Of a stretch of DNA of 64,000 bases, positions 17,179-28,744 are shown piece by piece. The translations under genes were made by a program, and so were the position numbers. The notes under the pieces were generated by a model. That model saw only the letters and a program-made list of their open reading frames with translations, was not told the DNA's origin and searched no databases. The stretch is taken from positions 160,001-224,000 of the forward strand of contig JAVKJW010000001.1 of NCBI GenBank assembly GCA_031458695.1, written 5' to 3'. Position 1 is the stretch's first letter. Each line of letters opens with the position of its first letter. This stretch comes from Candidatus Thermofontivivens primus. GTDB lineage: Bacteria; Sysuimicrobiota; Sysuimicrobiia; Sysuimicrobiales; Thermofontiviventaceae.

Positions 17179-19083
17179 CTACGTTGATGCTTCGGGCTTA
17201 AGAGCTGGTTTCATCACTCCAGGTTCCGGACGAGGTGCCGGTTCTGCTTTCGCCTCCGGAACCCGGGCGGGCGCTGCGGGGTGTTCTGGTGCCTCAGCTT
17301 GCGGTTGTTCCTCGAGGAGGCGCGTAAGTTCCTCTCCCTCCAGGCTCTCCTTTTCCAGTAGGGCGGTGGCCACGCGCTCGAGCTTGTCGCGGTTCTCCGT
17401 GAGGATGCGCTTGGCCTTCTCGTAGCACTCATCCACGATGCGGCGGACCTCCTGGTCGATCTGGAAGGCGATCTCCTCGCTGTAGTTACGTGTCTCCACG
17501 AGATCCCGACCGAGGAAGACGGGGCCGTGGCGCTTTCCCAGGCTGAGGGGACCGAGCTTCTCGCTCATCCCGTACTCGGTGACCATCTTGCGGGCGAGCT
17601 CGGTCACCTGCTCGAAGTCGTTCTGAGCCCCTGTGGTGACCTCCCCAAAGACGATCTCCTCGGCCACCCGCCCTCCCAGGGCCTGGGTGATCTTGTCCAG
17701 GAGCTCGCTCTTGGTGTAGGTGTACTTGTCCTCAGGAGGGGCAGAGATGACGTAGCCCAGAGCCATCCCCCGGGGGAGGATGGTGACCTTGTGCGGTGGA
17801 TCGGCATGGGGGAGGAGCTTCCCCAGGACAGCGTGTCCGGCTTCGTGGTAGGCGGCGAGCTGGCGCTCGCGCTGGCTGAGGATGCGGCTCTTGCGCTGGG
17901 GCCCGGCGATCACCCGCTCAATGGCCTCCTCGAACTCGCTCATGGTGATCTTCTTCTTGTTGCGCCGGGCCGCCAGCAGCGCAGCCTCGTTGACCATGTT
18001 GGCGATGTCTGCCCCGGAGAAGCCAGGGGTGCGCTTGGCCAAGAGATCGAGGTCCACATCCTCGGCGAGGGGTTTACCCCGCACGTGGACGCCCAGGATG
18101 GCCCGGCGTCCCTTGGTGTCGGGGTTGTCCACGACGATGCGCCGGTCGAACCGTCCAGGCCGCAGCAGGGCCGGGTCTAAGATGTCCGGCCGGTTGGTGG
18201 CGGCGATGACGATGATCCCGGCGTTGGGATCAAACCCATCCATCTCCACGAGGAGTTGGTTTAAGGTCTGCTCCCGCTCGTCGTGGCCTCCTCCGAGCCC
18301 TGCCCCCCTCTGGCGCCCCACAGCATCGATCTCGTCGATGAACACGAGGCACGGGGCGTTCTTCTTGGCCTGGTCAAAGAGGTCCCGCACGCGGCTCGCC
18401 CCCACCCCCACGAACATCTCCACGAACTCCGAGCCGCTGATGCTGAAGAAGGGAACCCCGGCCTCCCCAGCGATGGCCTTGGCCAGCAGGGTCTTCCCAG
18501 AACCCGGAGGCCCCACGAGCAGAACTCCCCGTGGGATCTTCGCCCCAAGCGCTTGGAACTTCTTCGGGTACTTCAGGAACTCGATGATCTCCTGCAGCTC
18601 CTCTTTGGCCTCGTCCACCCCGGCGACGTCGTCAAAGGTGACGCTCGGCCGGTTCTCGAGATAGATCCTTGCCCGGCTCTTCCCGAAGGACATCGCCTGG
18701 TTCCCCCCGCTCTGGGCTTGGCGGAGCATGAGCATCCAGAGTCCCAGGAGGACGAAGGACGTAAGGAGAGTCGCGTGGGTGCTAGGCTCCCGATGCAGGC
18801 GAGGTCGCACACGAACTTGCACCCCCTTGGACAGGAGGAGCCTGAGATATGAAGCATCCTGAAAGACGGATACTCGGAAGCTCTGTCCATTGTGTAGTAC
18901 GCCGCTCACCGTGCCGTCACCGATGGTGACTTCCGCAACCTTCCCTGATTCGACGGCGCGGAGGAACCAGCTATAGGAAACCCTATCACCAAAATCCGTC
19001 CCTTCATAAAGCGGCCTAGTAAGGTACCCCAGGGCCAACAAGAGGAGCAACCAGATCATCACTTGTTCAGGAAATCGGCTCAT
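17179..19083 (-). CDS. ftsH: ATP-dependent zinc metalloprotease FtsH
   Basis: [19 protein letters not shown] motif, HEAGH. Confidence 0.96.
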   Translation of the reverse strand: MSRFPEQVMIWLLLLLALGYLTRPLYEGTDFGDRVSYSWFLRAVESGKVAEVTIGDGTVSGVLHNGQSFRVSVFQDASYLRLLLSKGVQVRVRPRLHREPSTHATLLTSFVLLGLWMLMLRQAQSGGNQAMSFGKSRARIYLENRPSVTFDDVAGVDEAKEELQEIIEFLKYPKKFQALGAKIPRGVLLVGPPGSGKTLLAKAIAGEAGVPFFSISGSEFVEMFVGVGASRVRDLFDQAKKNAPCLVFIDEIDAVGRQRGAGLGGGHDEREQTLNQLLVEMDGFDPNAGIIVIAATNRPDILDPALLRPGRFDRRIVVDNPDTKGRRAILGVHVRGKPLAEDVDLDLLAKRTPGFSGADIANMVNEAALLAARRNKKKITMSEFEEAIERVIAGPQRKSRILSQRERQLAAYHEAGHAVLGKLLPHADPPHKVTILPRGMALGYVISAPPEDKYTYTKSELLDKITQALGGRVAEEIVFGEVTTGAQNDFEQVTELARKMVTEYGMSEKLGPLSLGKRHGPVFLGRDLVETRNYSEEIAFQIDQEVRRIVDECYEKAKRILTENRDKLERVATALLEKESLEGEELTRLLEEQPQAEAPEHPAAPARVPEAKAEPAPRPEPGVMKPALKPEAST

Positions 19084-19249
19084 TCCATGGACATGGTACC
19101 TCTTGGAACAAGACAGCTCCAATCGGTTCGGCAACGGAATCTCCTGACTAAAACGGACTAGTACGTATGGAAAATTTCTCTCCGGTATGGAGAAGACGCC
19201 ATCCGTTCGGCATCCTACGGAGGACCTTGGGAAGTAGCGCGCTGCGGTG

Positions 19250-20467
19250 CTACTCGTACCGGAGGGCTACGATGGGGTCAAGCGCAGCCGCGCGCTGAGC
19301 GGGGTAAAGACCGGAGAAGATCCCTACAGCTGCAGCAAACCCGATGGCCATGACCAGGGACCACGCAGAAGTCTGGGTGGCCCACCCGGCCAGCCTCGTG
19401 ATGGCCAAGCTCCCAGCAATCCCCAGGATCACACCGATCAGGCTACCGGCCAGGCTCAAGAGAACAGATTCGACCAGGAACTGGAGCATGATATCCCGCT
19501 GCGTAGCCCCTACGGCTTTGCGAATCCCAATCTCCCGGGTACGTTCGGTCACCGAGACCAGCATAATATTCATGATCCCGATGCCGCCGACCAGAAGGGA
19601 GACTGCCGCGATGCTCCCGAGTAAAAGGGTCATTGTACGGGTCACGCCGGTCACCGCGCTGACGATGTCCGCCTGGTTCCGGATAGTGAAGTCACTCTCG
19701 GATTCCGGTCCGAGCCGATGGCGAGCTCGCAACAGAGCTTCTACTTTTTCTTGGACAAGATCCATCTCCTCCGCGTTGCGCACCTTCACATAGATCGTCC
19801 CCACGTGGCGCACACCAAACAGCCGGCGTTGCGCGGTGGTCAGGGGGACGAACACCACGTCGTCGCGATCCTGGAATCCTGTGGCTCCCTTCTCCTCCAT
19901 TACCCCGATCACGGTGAAACTCTGACGGTTGATCTTGACAGTCGCCCCGAGGGGAACAGCATTCCGGTCCCCGAAGAGGTTTTCGACCACCGTCTTCCCT
20001 AGGACAGCCACGCGGGCGCGCGAAGACATGTCGGCGTCAGTAAAGAAGCTCCCTGCCTCGACAAAAGAGTTGCGCACCTCCTGGTAGGAAGGGGTCACTC
20101 CGGAGATCCGCGTGTTCGTGTTCTGTGCGCCATACACGACTTGGCCCGATCTCGTGAACTCCGCAGTGACCGCCTCCACTTCAGGGATCTCCTGGGCAAT
20201 GGCCTCGGCATCTTCCCACTTCAGCGTCTGGGCGGATTCGGCCTGCCGCACGCCGAACTGGCCCACACTCCCAGGGAACACAATGAGGAGGTTGCTTCCC
20301 AGGGACTGGATCTGTTCGGTGACGCTCCGGCGGGCTCCCTGGCCGAGGCTCACCATGGTCACCACTGCTGCCACACCGATGGTTACCCCGAGGATGGAGA
20401 GGGCAGAGCGGAGCTTGTTTGTGGCCATAGCCCGCAGGGCTGTCTGGATGCTGCTCAGGAGCGTCAT
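19250..20467 (-). CDS. MacB-type ABC transporter permease
   Basis: [28 protein letters not shown]; ends DPIVALRYE. Confidence 0.93.
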   Translation of the reverse strand: MTLLSSIQTALRAMATNKLRSALSILGVTIGVAAVVTMVSLGQGARRSVTEQIQSLGSNLLIVFPGSVGQFGVRQAESAQTLKWEDAEAIAQEIPEVEAVTAEFTRSGQVVYGAQNTNTRISGVTPSYQEVRNSFVEAGSFFTDADMSSRARVAVLGKTVVENLFGDRNAVPLGATVKINRQSFTVIGVMEEKGATGFQDRDDVVFVPLTTAQRRLFGVRHVGTIYVKVRNAEEMDLVQEKVEALLRARHRLGPESESDFTIRNQADIVSAVTGVTRTMTLLLGSIAAVSLLVGGIGIMNIMLVSVTERTREIGIRKAVGATQRDIMLQFLVESVLLSLAGSLIGVILGIAGSLAITRLAGWATQTSAWSLVMAIGFAAAVGIFSGLYPAQRAAALDPIVALRYE

Positions 20468-21183
20468 CGCAGGATTCCCTCCCCGGCCATGCGAAGGATA
20501 CGGCGGTGGCGAATGGCCTCTTGGCCTTCGATGCGCCCGTCCCGAAACCGGATAAGGCGCGTGGCACAGGCGGCGACATCAGGGTCATGGGTCACCAGGA
20601 TGATGGTGATGCCCATTGCGTGGAGAGACTGCAACAGGGCGAGGATCTCTTCGCTCGTGTGCGAGTCCAGGTTTCCTGTGGGCTCGTCGGCGAGGATGAC
20701 GGCAGGATCTGTGACCAGGGCTCTTGCAATGGCGACCCGTTGTTGCTCCCCTCCAGAGAGCTGGGTGGGTAGGTGTCTCGCCCGCTCCTGAAGCCCCACT
20801 GCAGCTAGGGCCTCCAGGGCGCGTCTCCTCCGGTCGGGAGCACGTGCATAGAGCAGAGGGAGCTCTACATTTTCCAAGGCGGTGAGGCGGGGGAGGAGGT
20901 TAAAGTTCTGGAAGACGAACCCGATCTTGCGGTTGCGGATGCGGGCGAGCTGGACATCGTCGAGTTGGCTAACGTTCTGGCCCTCGAGCAGGTAGGTTCC
21001 TGAGGTAGGACGATCCAGGCATCCGATGAGATGGAGACAGGTGGACTTCCCGGATCCTGAGGGCCCCATGATCGCTACGAACTCCCCCTTCTCCACCTTC
21101 AAGTCGACGCCGGTGAGGGCGTGGACTTCCACGCTATCCATGCGGTAGACCTTCGTCACATTGTAGAGCTCGATGAGTGCCAC
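20464..21183 (-). CDS. ABC transporter ATP-binding protein (LolD/MacB-like)
   Basis: [25 protein letters not shown]. Confidence 0.95.
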   Translation of the reverse strand: MALIELYNVTKVYRMDSVEVHALTGVDLKVEKGEFVAIMGPSGSGKSTCLHLIGCLDRPTSGTYLLEGQNVSQLDDVQLARIRNRKIGFVFQNFNLLPRLTALENVELPLLYARAPDRRRRALEALAAVGLQERARHLPTQLSGGEQQRVAIARALVTDPAVILADEPTGNLDSHTSEEILALLQSLHAMGITIILVTHDPDVAACATRLIRFRDGRIEGQEAIRHRRILRMAGEGILR

Positions 21184-21196
21184 AGATCTTCCCTCC

Positions 21197-22654
21197 TTAC
21201 CTGCGAGGACGGAATTGCGGCTGGAACGGGCTTGTCGGTCTCGCGGTGGGCGAGGAGCTCGAGCGCGCTGGTCCCAGGTAGACGGACTCTCCCTCCCGGA
21301 GGCCGGAGAGGATCTCCACGAACCTCCCGTCGCTGATGCCAGTTCGAACTGGCCGAGGGGTGAGCTTACCCTCCTGGACGACCATCACCACCTTCCGGTT
21401 CTCCCCACGCACGGCTTCTTGGGGGACGAGGAGCACATTGGAGCGGCGTGCCACGATGAACTCGGCATCCACAGTCATGCCTAGCTTGAGTCGGTTCTCG
21501 GGGTCCTCGATCCTCACAAGGACCGGATACTGGGTCACGTTTTGTTGCACGACAGGTTGTGGGGCGATCCGGAGGATCCGTCCCGTAAACTTCATCCCGG
21601 GGAGGGCATCTGCCGTGATCTCCACCTGGGCGGTTCTAGGAATCCTTGCGATATCGGTTTCGTCTACGTATACCTTCGCCAATGTCATAGAAACGTCAGC
21701 CAGGGTGATCACGGGCGTGCCGCCAGAGGTTCCGCCAATCACCGACTGGCCGATCTCTACCGAACGCTTCGCGACGATACCGGTGATGGGGGCGAGAATC
21801 CGCGTCTCCCCGAGCCTCTCTCGTGTCTGTCGGACAGAGGCTTCCGCAGACTGGACCTGAGCGCGGGCAGCCGCGACCTCCTGTTCCCGCAACTGCACCT
21901 GGAGCATCCCGTTTTGCGCTTCCGCGAGCTGGGCCTCTGCCTGGCGGACCTGCGCGCGCAGGACCTCGAGGTCATACTTCTGGGTTCCTGCCTTGACCTG
22001 GGCAAGGCGGGCCTGGGCAGCGCGCAGCTGGGCCTGTGCCACCTCAAACTGGTTCCGGGCCTGGTCGAGTTGGGCTTGGGAGATGAAGCCGCTGGCGAAG
22101 AGCTGCTCCTGACGGGAAAGGTTCTGCTTCGCCAGGTCTACCGCGGCTTCTGCCTGGCGGACCTGCTCCTCCGCCTGTGCGACATCTTCCGGTTGCGGCG
22201 CCGCGAGAGCTTGTGCGAGCCGGGCACGGGCCGCAGCGAGATTTGCCTCTGCTTGTTTGATGGCCGTTTCCACAGACGCGCGTTGCAGAGCGAGGGTTGC
22301 CTCTGCCTGGGCGAGCCTTGCCCGTGCTGCGGAGAGCTCCGCGAGGGCATTCTCCAAAGCTGAGCGGGCATCGGGATCGTCGATCTCCACGAGCACCTGC
22401 CCCTTCTCCACGCGGGTGCCTTCCTCCACGAAGACGGCTCGCACGATCCCAGTGGCACGAGAGCGGACGTCCACGATGGAAACCGGTTCCACTGTCCCCG
22501 TAGCCGAGACGCTGATCTGGAGGTCCCCGCGCGTCACTGCGAAGGTACGGAACTTGGGGGCTTCCCTCCGGTTCAGGAGCTGTCCTCGTACCGCTACAAT
22601 CGCCACAAGGACGATGGCAACAATCCCGGTGATCAGAATTATCCTGCGCTTCAT
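21197..22654 (-). CDS. MacA-like periplasmic adaptor (membrane fusion protein)
   Basis: N-terminal anchor, lipoyl half-motifs, long coiled coil. Confidence 0.9.
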   Translation of the reverse strand: MKRRIILITGIVAIVLVAIVAVRGQLLNRREAPKFRTFAVTRGDLQISVSATGTVEPVSIVDVRSRATGIVRAVFVEEGTRVEKGQVLVEIDDPDARSALENALAELSAARARLAQAEATLALQRASVETAIKQAEANLAAARARLAQALAAPQPEDVAQAEEQVRQAEAAVDLAKQNLSRQEQLFASGFISQAQLDQARNQFEVAQAQLRAAQARLAQVKAGTQKYDLEVLRAQVRQAEAQLAEAQNGMLQVQLREQEVAAARAQVQSAEASVRQTRERLGETRILAPITGIVAKRSVEIGQSVIGGTSGGTPVITLADVSMTLAKVYVDETDIARIPRTAQVEITADALPGMKFTGRILRIAPQPVVQQNVTQYPVLVRIEDPENRLKLGMTVDAEFIVARRSNVLLVPQEAVRGENRKVVMVVQEGKLTPRPVRTGISDGRFVEILSGLREGESVYLGPARSSSSPTARPTSPFQPQFRPRR

Positions 22655-23958
22655 GTCGTCTCCCCCTGCGCGATGACAGGTTTTCCTAGGGCATGCTGGA
22701 GAGCGACCACGGCGAGGTAAAGATCATACCTTGCCTGCACGTGGGAGATCCTCGCCTGGGTTGCTGCCGTCTGAGCATCGAGTACTTCAAGAATGGTTCC
22801 TACTCCTGCCTGGTACCTCCCCTCGGCGACCCGCAACGACTCCTCCGCTGCTGCCACACTGGCTTGCACTGCAGCAAGGCGAGCCCTGGCCTCCCGGACG
22901 TTCACTGCAGCTTGGAACGCCTCAAGCTGGACCTGGCGCTTTATCTCTTCCATCCTGGCGATGGCACTAGCAAGGTTGGCCCTCGCTTCCTCTACTGCAG
23001 CTTTCGCCCTCCCGCCATCGAGAAGGGGGGAGGAGACCGTCGCAGATAAGGCCCACCCGACCTGCCCCGGGTTTGGGGAAATCTGCAGGACCAGGCCTGC
23101 ATCCACGGAGACCACCATCCCAGCCCGGATCTCGGCGATGCGTAAGGCAGCTTGCGCGCTTTTGACCTCGGCGGCGGCGCGGCGGACCTCTGGCCTGCCG
23201 GAGAGGGCCAGTGCGGCCGCCTCTGTCGGCGTAACCTCTGGAATCACGGGCTCCCTTGGAGTGGCTACCTGGATTTCCTGAGTCAGCGGAAGGTTCAAGG
23301 CGCTGCGGAGCGAGGCCAGGGCAATCTCCACTTGGCCTCGTGCAGCCACCAGATCGGCCTCCGCGCTTGCTGCCGCTGCTTGGGCCTTGATGACGTCAGC
23401 GCGCGCCGTCGTGCCGGCCCGGAAGAAGGCCTCGGCCTGCTCCACCTGCTTTTGAGCAAACCGGAGGGCGGCCGCCCGAACCTCGACGAGGCCCATCGTC
23501 TGGAGGGCCTGGAAGTACGCTCTTGCAGCTGCCAGCAGGACGTCCTGCCGCGCCGCCTCTAGGGCAGCCTGCGCCGCTTCGACTGCCGACTCTGCCTGGG
23601 CCACCTGGAGCGCCGTGATCCCTCCATCGAAGACCGGCACCGAAGCCTCAAGGGCAACGCTGTGGGAGAAGGTAGCGGAGCCGCCCGTCGGGGTCCCCTG
23701 CGCCAGCGTCCCGTAGGCTGCCCTGCCGTTCAGGCTCACCTGGACTGCGCTCCCTGCCCTCGCTTGGATGAGGCGTGCGCGCGCGGCATCGAGGGCCCGC
23801 GCGGCCGCCACCACCGAGGGATGACGGTCAACTGCCAAGAGTAACGATTCCAGGGTGATCACCGTGGGCGCCTGCGCCGTGGATGGGGGTGGGAGAAGCA
23901 GGGAAAGGGAGGTGACAAAACTCACAACGATGAGGGCTGTACACACAGATCTCCTCAT
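22651..23958 (-). CDS. TolC-family outer-membrane efflux protein
   Basis: Signal peptide, two OEP repeats, RYQAGVGTILEVLDAQ. Confidence 0.88.
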   Translation of the reverse strand: MRRSVCTALIVVSFVTSLSLLLPPPSTAQAPTVITLESLLLAVDRHPSVVAAARALDAARARLIQARAGSAVQVSLNGRAAYGTLAQGTPTGGSATFSHSVALEASVPVFDGGITALQVAQAESAVEAAQAALEAARQDVLLAAARAYFQALQTMGLVEVRAAALRFAQKQVEQAEAFFRAGTTARADVIKAQAAAASAEADLVAARGQVEIALASLRSALNLPLTQEIQVATPREPVIPEVTPTEAAALALSGRPEVRRAAAEVKSAQAALRIAEIRAGMVVSVDAGLVLQISPNPGQVGWALSATVSSPLLDGGRAKAAVEEARANLASAIARMEEIKRQVQLEAFQAAVNVREARARLAAVQASVAAAEESLRVAEGRYQAGVGTILEVLDAQTAATQARISHVQARYDLYLAVVALQHALGKPVIAQGETT

Positions 23959-23966
23959 GATCCTCC

Positions 23967-24074
23967 TCACACGATCACTCTCGGGTAGAGCCGGGATGCA
24001 ATGGCGACCAAGAAAGCGAGTGCCACAACCTGGACAGTCAGGTCGAAAGTTTCCACGGCCATCTCAGCAGGCAT
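23967..24074 (-). CDS. Candidate 35-aa single-TM peptide between marR and tolC
   Basis: MPAEMAVETFDLTVQVVALAFLVAIASRLYPRVIV; purine-rich RBS; overlaps the marR stop and ends next to the tolC start. Confidence 0.4.
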   Translation of the reverse strand: MPAEMAVETFDLTVQVVALAFLVAIASRLYPRVIV

Positions 24075-24555
24075 CCTTTCCTTCCTCCTCGCGGAACAAG
24101 TTCCCCAGGAGCTGCATTCCTGCATGGATGCGCCGAAGGTCCGATGGGGGAAGCCGCTTGAGATTCTCCCGGACGCGGGCACGGATAGCTTCCTGCACCT
24201 GCTGCATCATGTGCGTTCCCTTTTCGGTCAGGGTGAGTGTGATCCGCCGTCTCTCCCTTTGGTCCACCACACGCTTCATGAGACCGCGCTGCACCAAGCG
24301 CTCGACGAGCGCGGAGGCCGTGGGTGGAGTGACACCAAGGTGGCCGGCGAGGTTGGAGAGCGACGTGCCTGGGTGACGGTACACGTACCCGAGGGCACGG
24401 AGCTGCGGAACAGAAAGGGGAGCGGCGAACTTGCGCATCTCCCGGCGGAAGAACCGCATCACGATGGGTACCGTCTCGGTGATCTCGCTGGTGCAGCGGT
24501 CGAGGAGCGGACCCGCGGAGGTTACGCGAACTTGTAGACGGCGCGTTCTCGCCAT
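24064..24555 (-). CDS. MarR-family regulator
   Basis: LA.HLGVTPPTAS.LVERLV.RGL...D.RERR..LTLTEKG. Confidence 0.9.
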   Translation of the reverse strand: MARTRRLQVRVTSAGPLLDRCTSEITETVPIVMRFFRREMRKFAAPLSVPQLRALGYVYRHPGTSLSNLAGHLGVTPPTASALVERLVQRGLMKRVVDQRERRRITLTLTEKGTHMMQQVQEAIRARVRENLKRLPPSDLRRIHAGMQLLGNLFREEEGKDAC

Positions 24556-24556
24556 A

Positions 24557-24585
24557 TTAGATCTACAAAGTATTTGTAGAGCTAA
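24557..24585. promoter_or_regulatory. Probable MarR operator
   Basis: TTAGaTCTACAAA-GTA-TTTGTAGAgCTAA palindrome directly upstream of the marR ATG. Confidence 0.7.
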
Positions 24586-24614
24586 CATTCACCCTACCAC
24601 ATGCCCGCAGGGGA

Positions 24615-25222
24615 TGTCAACCTCCCGAGTTGCCTCACAAAAAAGGTACTCGAAATCGATTCGTTGCCTCAAAATAGAAAGGTATCCGAAGGAAACTTGC
24701 CTATCATGCCTCGAAAAGGGGGTCATCCCATGACCCCAAGGGAGGTAGGCAAGATGCCGCTGAGTTTTCGCGAGAGGCAAGCGGTGCTCCATGAGCTCGC
24801 ACAACGGTACCAAACCGCCAGCAAGAAAGAAAAGGGCAGGATTCTGGATCAGGCTGAAGAACTCCTCGGTCTTAACCGCTGCTCTGCGGTCCGTGCATTG
24901 CGGCGGGTTGCTCGAGAGGGAAGGAGGAAAGCCCGACTCCCCCTCCGAAGCCGACTGGGGCGCAAGCCGCTCTATGACGAAGAGGTGAAAGAGGCCCTCC
25001 GCCGCGTGTGGGCCGCCACCATCGACCGCCTCCTCGCTCCTGAGCGCAAACGTCTACAGATCAAAGGCCGCTCAGGGACTAAACCAGGGACCTTACTCAA
25101 GCAGAGCATCCCCATTAAAACTTTTGCCGAGTGGGATGACGCCTCCCCAGGGTTCCTGGAGGTGGACCTAGTGGCCCACGATGGCGGAAATCCCTGCGGG
25201 GACTACGCCCAAACTCTGGATA
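24615..25222 (+). mobile_element. Truncated IS remnant (integrase-core DDE transposase, IS481/ISNCY-like) with left end
   Basis: RYQ.ASKKEKGRILD, AATIDRLL, TKPGTLLK.SIPI, PGFLEVDLVAH; apparent internal deletion and C-terminal truncation; GTTGCCTCA direct repeats at 24629 and 24663. Confidence 0.75.
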
Positions 25223-26186
25223 CTGGGCCAATGGTACCTCCGTTCTCCCCATGGAAGATTACCCGCTCTTTGAACCGACCCGGCAGCGGTTCCGTATGCA
25301 GTGGCAGCGTGATCTCTTGGAGCTGCAGAAGGTGGCATCGGAGGTGTTGGCCCGCCTCGAGGCCGAGGGCCCGCTCCCGGCCCGCGCTTTTCGCTCCCCT
25401 CATCGGGTGCATGGTTTCTGGGACAACAAGTCACCCAAGACCAAGGCGACCTCCCATGTCCTTAACCTGTTGATGGACATTGGCGAGGTAGTTGTGTACC
25501 GCAAAGATCGTGAGCGTTATTTTACCTTGGCGCGACGGGCGATCCCGGCAGAGCTCCTGCGCCGGGCCGAGTCCATCGATCCAGACGAGGCCAACGCGGC
25601 CCGACTGGAGAGATACTTCCGTGCTTACCGGATCATCGACCTAGGTGATACCCGCTTTGGCTGGAGCCGCATGACCATGTCAGAGCGTATGGGAGCGATC
25701 CGACAGAGGATGGAAGCGGGCGAGATGGTGCCGCTGGCAGTGGAGGGAGTCCGCCGGCAGTATTTCCTTCTGGCGGAGGATTTGGATCGGCTGCAAGAAC
25801 ATCAGCGGACCACAACCAAGGTGCCGCCGGAGGGCCCAGTCCAATTCCTGCCCCCATTAGACAACCTGTTGTGGCGGCGGGAGCGCGTAGCCGATCTCTT
25901 TCGTTTCAACTACACCTGGGAAATCTACATGCGCCCAGAGAAGCGCCGCTACGGGTACTACGCCATGCCGATCCTCATGGGGGACCGTTTGATCGGCCGA
26001 ATCGACCCCAGGATGGACCGAGAACAGGACCGGCTGGTCATCTGTCTCCTGCAGCTTGAACCCTGGGTGAAGTTGAACCCGCGTCTCCTGCGGGCGTTGC
26101 GCCGTGAAGTGGAAAGTTTTGCCTCCCGCCATGGTGCCGAGGAGGTAGAGGTGATCCATACCGAGCCCAAGGGACTGAAGTTATAG
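25222..26186 (+). pseudogene. YcaQ/AlkZ-family winged-helix DNA glycosylase, N-terminally truncated
   Basis: L.PLDNLLW.RER...LF.FNY.WEIY....KRRYGYY.MPIL.GD.LIGRID; family-like YW...SVLP begins at the IS junction. Confidence 0.7.
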
Positions 26187-26532
26187 GGCACCTCCTGTAT
26201 GTTGCATCAGAAGTCGTGGCCCCTCCGAGGATTCCTGGACCGGCCCAGGCCGCAAGACTCAGATGGGGCGGCCCGCAAGGCCCTTTTCTTCCAATCTCGT
26301 TTTTTCTCGCAGTTGCAGACCACTCGCGCAGGGAGAGGAGGCCAACCTGCTATCGTCACAGATGACGTTTCGATAAAGAGTCGTGGACAGCATCTCCATG
26401 CGCGTTGTCATTGGCCGCACTTTCTTGAGTCCGGACGAAGCCCGTTGGAGCCAGGAATGCCCTTGACGGGGTATGGTAATATAAGGAAAGGTCAAAGCAG
26501 CCCAAGAAAAATACCGAGAAACGGGAGGCAGG

Positions 26533-28722
26533 ATGGCCCCCAAACGTTCTCTGATCATTGTGGAGTCTCCTACAAAGGCGCGGACGCTGAGGAAGATGCT
26601 GGACCGACGGTACACCATCATGGCGTCCATGGGCCATGTAAAGGACCTTCCCAAGAGTCAGCTCGGTGTCGATGTGGAGAACGGGTTCGCCCCCCGGTAC
26701 ATCCTTATCAAAGGGAAGGCCCCCATCATCAAGGAGCTTCGGAAGGAAGCGAAGAAGACTGAATCCATCTACCTTGCCACGGATCCTGACCGCGAGGGGG
26801 AGGCGATCTGCTGGCACCTCGCTGAGATCCTCCGTCCTGTCAACGGGAACATTCAGAGGATAACGTTCCATGAACTCACCAAGGATGCTGTGCTCCGTGC
26901 CCTCCAATCTCCCCGGGAGATCGACCAGAACCTCGTGAACGCTCAGCAAGCACGGCGCATCTTAGATAGGCTTGTGGGGTATAATCTGAGTCCCCTCCTA
27001 TGGAGAAAGGTGCGTGGGGGTCTCTCGGCAGGGAGGGTCCAGTCCGTGGCCGTCCGCCTCATCTGCGATCGAGAGAAGGAGATTGAGAACTTCGTCCCTC
27101 AGGAGTACTGGACGATCTCCGCCCTTCTCGCTCCCGCTCTCCCGTCCCCGGCATCCGGTTCCCCGCCCACGTTTGTCGCTCGCCTTATCCAGCGCGATGG
27201 GGAGCGCATCGGCTCACCGACAGAAGAGGACGTAACGGTGATCTCCCGGGAGGAAGAGGCTCGGGCGATCCTCGCCGAGCTGGAACATGTGCCTTTCACA
27301 GTAGCAGGGGTTCGCCGGAAGGACCAGCACCGCTACCCGGCGCCCCCGTTCACCACAAGCACCCTGCAACAGGAGGCCAACAGGCGTTTCGGTTTTACTG
27401 CGACACGGACGATGGCCATTGCCCAGCAGCTCTACGAAGGACTGGACGTAGGTCCTGAGGGAACCGTAGGCCTGATTACCTATATGCGAACCGATTCCGT
27501 CCGCATCGCTGAGGAAGCCCAGCGGGAGATCCGCCAGTTCATCGCCGAGAGGTTCGGCCCCGAATATGTTCCGCCCCAGCCACGGCAATATCGATCTCGC
27601 AAAGGGGCCCAAGAGGCTCACGAGGCCATCCGTCCCACCTCGGTACGCCGGACCCCGGAGCTCGTCAAGCCGTACCTGAAGCCGGATCAGTACAAGCTCT
27701 ATAAGCTCATCTGGGAGAGATGCGTCGCCAGCCAGATGAGCCCAGCAATCCTGGACACGCTCTCCGTTGACATCACTGCGGGCCGCTACCTGTTCCGGGC
27801 CACAGGGTCCAGGGTGAAGTTCGCCGGGTTTACCGTCCTCTATCGGGAGATCCCAGAAAACGGGGAAGAGGGGGCTCGCTCAACGGAAGAGGAGACGTGG
27901 CTACCAGAGCTCTCCGTCGGTGATCACCTTCTGGTGATCCAGTTCGAACCGATCCAGCACTTCACACAGCCGCCTCCCCGATACACAGAAGCTTCCCTGG
28001 TGCGTGCCCTGGAGGAACGAGGCATCGGCCGGCCGAGCACCTACGCCCCCATTATCGAGACCATCAAGCAACGGGGGTATGTCCGGGTCGATCAGCGCCG
28101 CCTTGTGCCGACGGAACTCGGTCGTCTTGTCAACGACTTGCTCGTAGAGCACTTCCCGGACATCGTGGACGTGGGATTCACCGCGGCTATGGAGGAACAG
28201 CTCGACCGCATCGAGGAGGGCCAAGCAGACTGGGTCGAGGTGGTCCGCTCGTTCTACGATCCCTTCTCCCGCGTCCTGCGCAACGCCGAGGAGAGGATCG
28301 AAAAGATGGAAATGCACGCCGAGGAGATCGGAGAACCCTGTCCTCAGTGTGGGAAGCCGCTGGTGCGCAAGCATGGCCGGTTCGGTACCTTCATCGCCTG
28401 TTCGGGTTACCCTGAGTGCACGTACACACGACCGACTGGGATCGGAGTGACCTGCCCCCTCTGCGGCGGGGAGATCGTGGAGCGCCGCTCCCGGAAAGGC
28501 CGTATCTTCTATGGATGTGCCAATTATCCCTCGTGCACCTTCAGCAGCTGGGACCGTCCTAGTGGGCGCCGTTGCCCGAAGTGCGGGAATCCCATGGTGT
28601 TCCGGAGGGTCCGTGGACAGAGAGAGGTAGAGAGCTGTACCAACAGAGCCTGCGGGTATACGGAGCAGCCCAGGAAGGTGGCTGAAGTCGCATCCGGGGA
28701 ACACGTCGCACCGACCCCTTGA
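26533..28722 (+). CDS. topA: DNA topoisomerase I
   Basis: IVESPTKA, DPDREGE, ITYMRTDS, C-terminal zinc ribbons. Confidence 0.97.
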   Translation: MAPKRSLIIVESPTKARTLRKMLDRRYTIMASMGHVKDLPKSQLGVDVENGFAPRYILIKGKAPIIKELRKEAKKTESIYLATDPDREGEAICWHLAEILRPVNGNIQRITFHELTKDAVLRALQSPREIDQNLVNAQQARRILDRLVGYNLSPLLWRKVRGGLSAGRVQSVAVRLICDREKEIENFVPQEYWTISALLAPALPSPASGSPPTFVARLIQRDGERIGSPTEEDVTVISREEEARAILAELEHVPFTVAGVRRKDQHRYPAPPFTTSTLQQEANRRFGFTATRTMAIAQQLYEGLDVGPEGTVGLITYMRTDSVRIAEEAQREIRQFIAERFGPEYVPPQPRQYRSRKGAQEAHEAIRPTSVRRTPELVKPYLKPDQYKLYKLIWERCVASQMSPAILDTLSVDITAGRYLFRATGSRVKFAGFTVLYREIPENGEEGARSTEEETWLPELSVGDHLLVIQFEPIQHFTQPPPRYTEASLVRALEERGIGRPSTYAPIIETIKQRGYVRVDQRRLVPTELGRLVNDLLVEHFPDIVDVGFTAAMEEQLDRIEEGQADWVEVVRSFYDPFSRVLRNAEERIEKMEMHAEEIGEPCPQCGKPLVRKHGRFGTFIACSGYPECTYTRPTGIGVTCPLCGGEIVERRSRKGRIFYGCANYPSCTFSSWDRPSGRRCPKCGNPMVFRRVRGQREVESCTNRACGYTEQPRKVAEVASGEHVAPTP

Positions 28723-28744
28723 TCCGAGTGGTGCTTAGTGAGGT

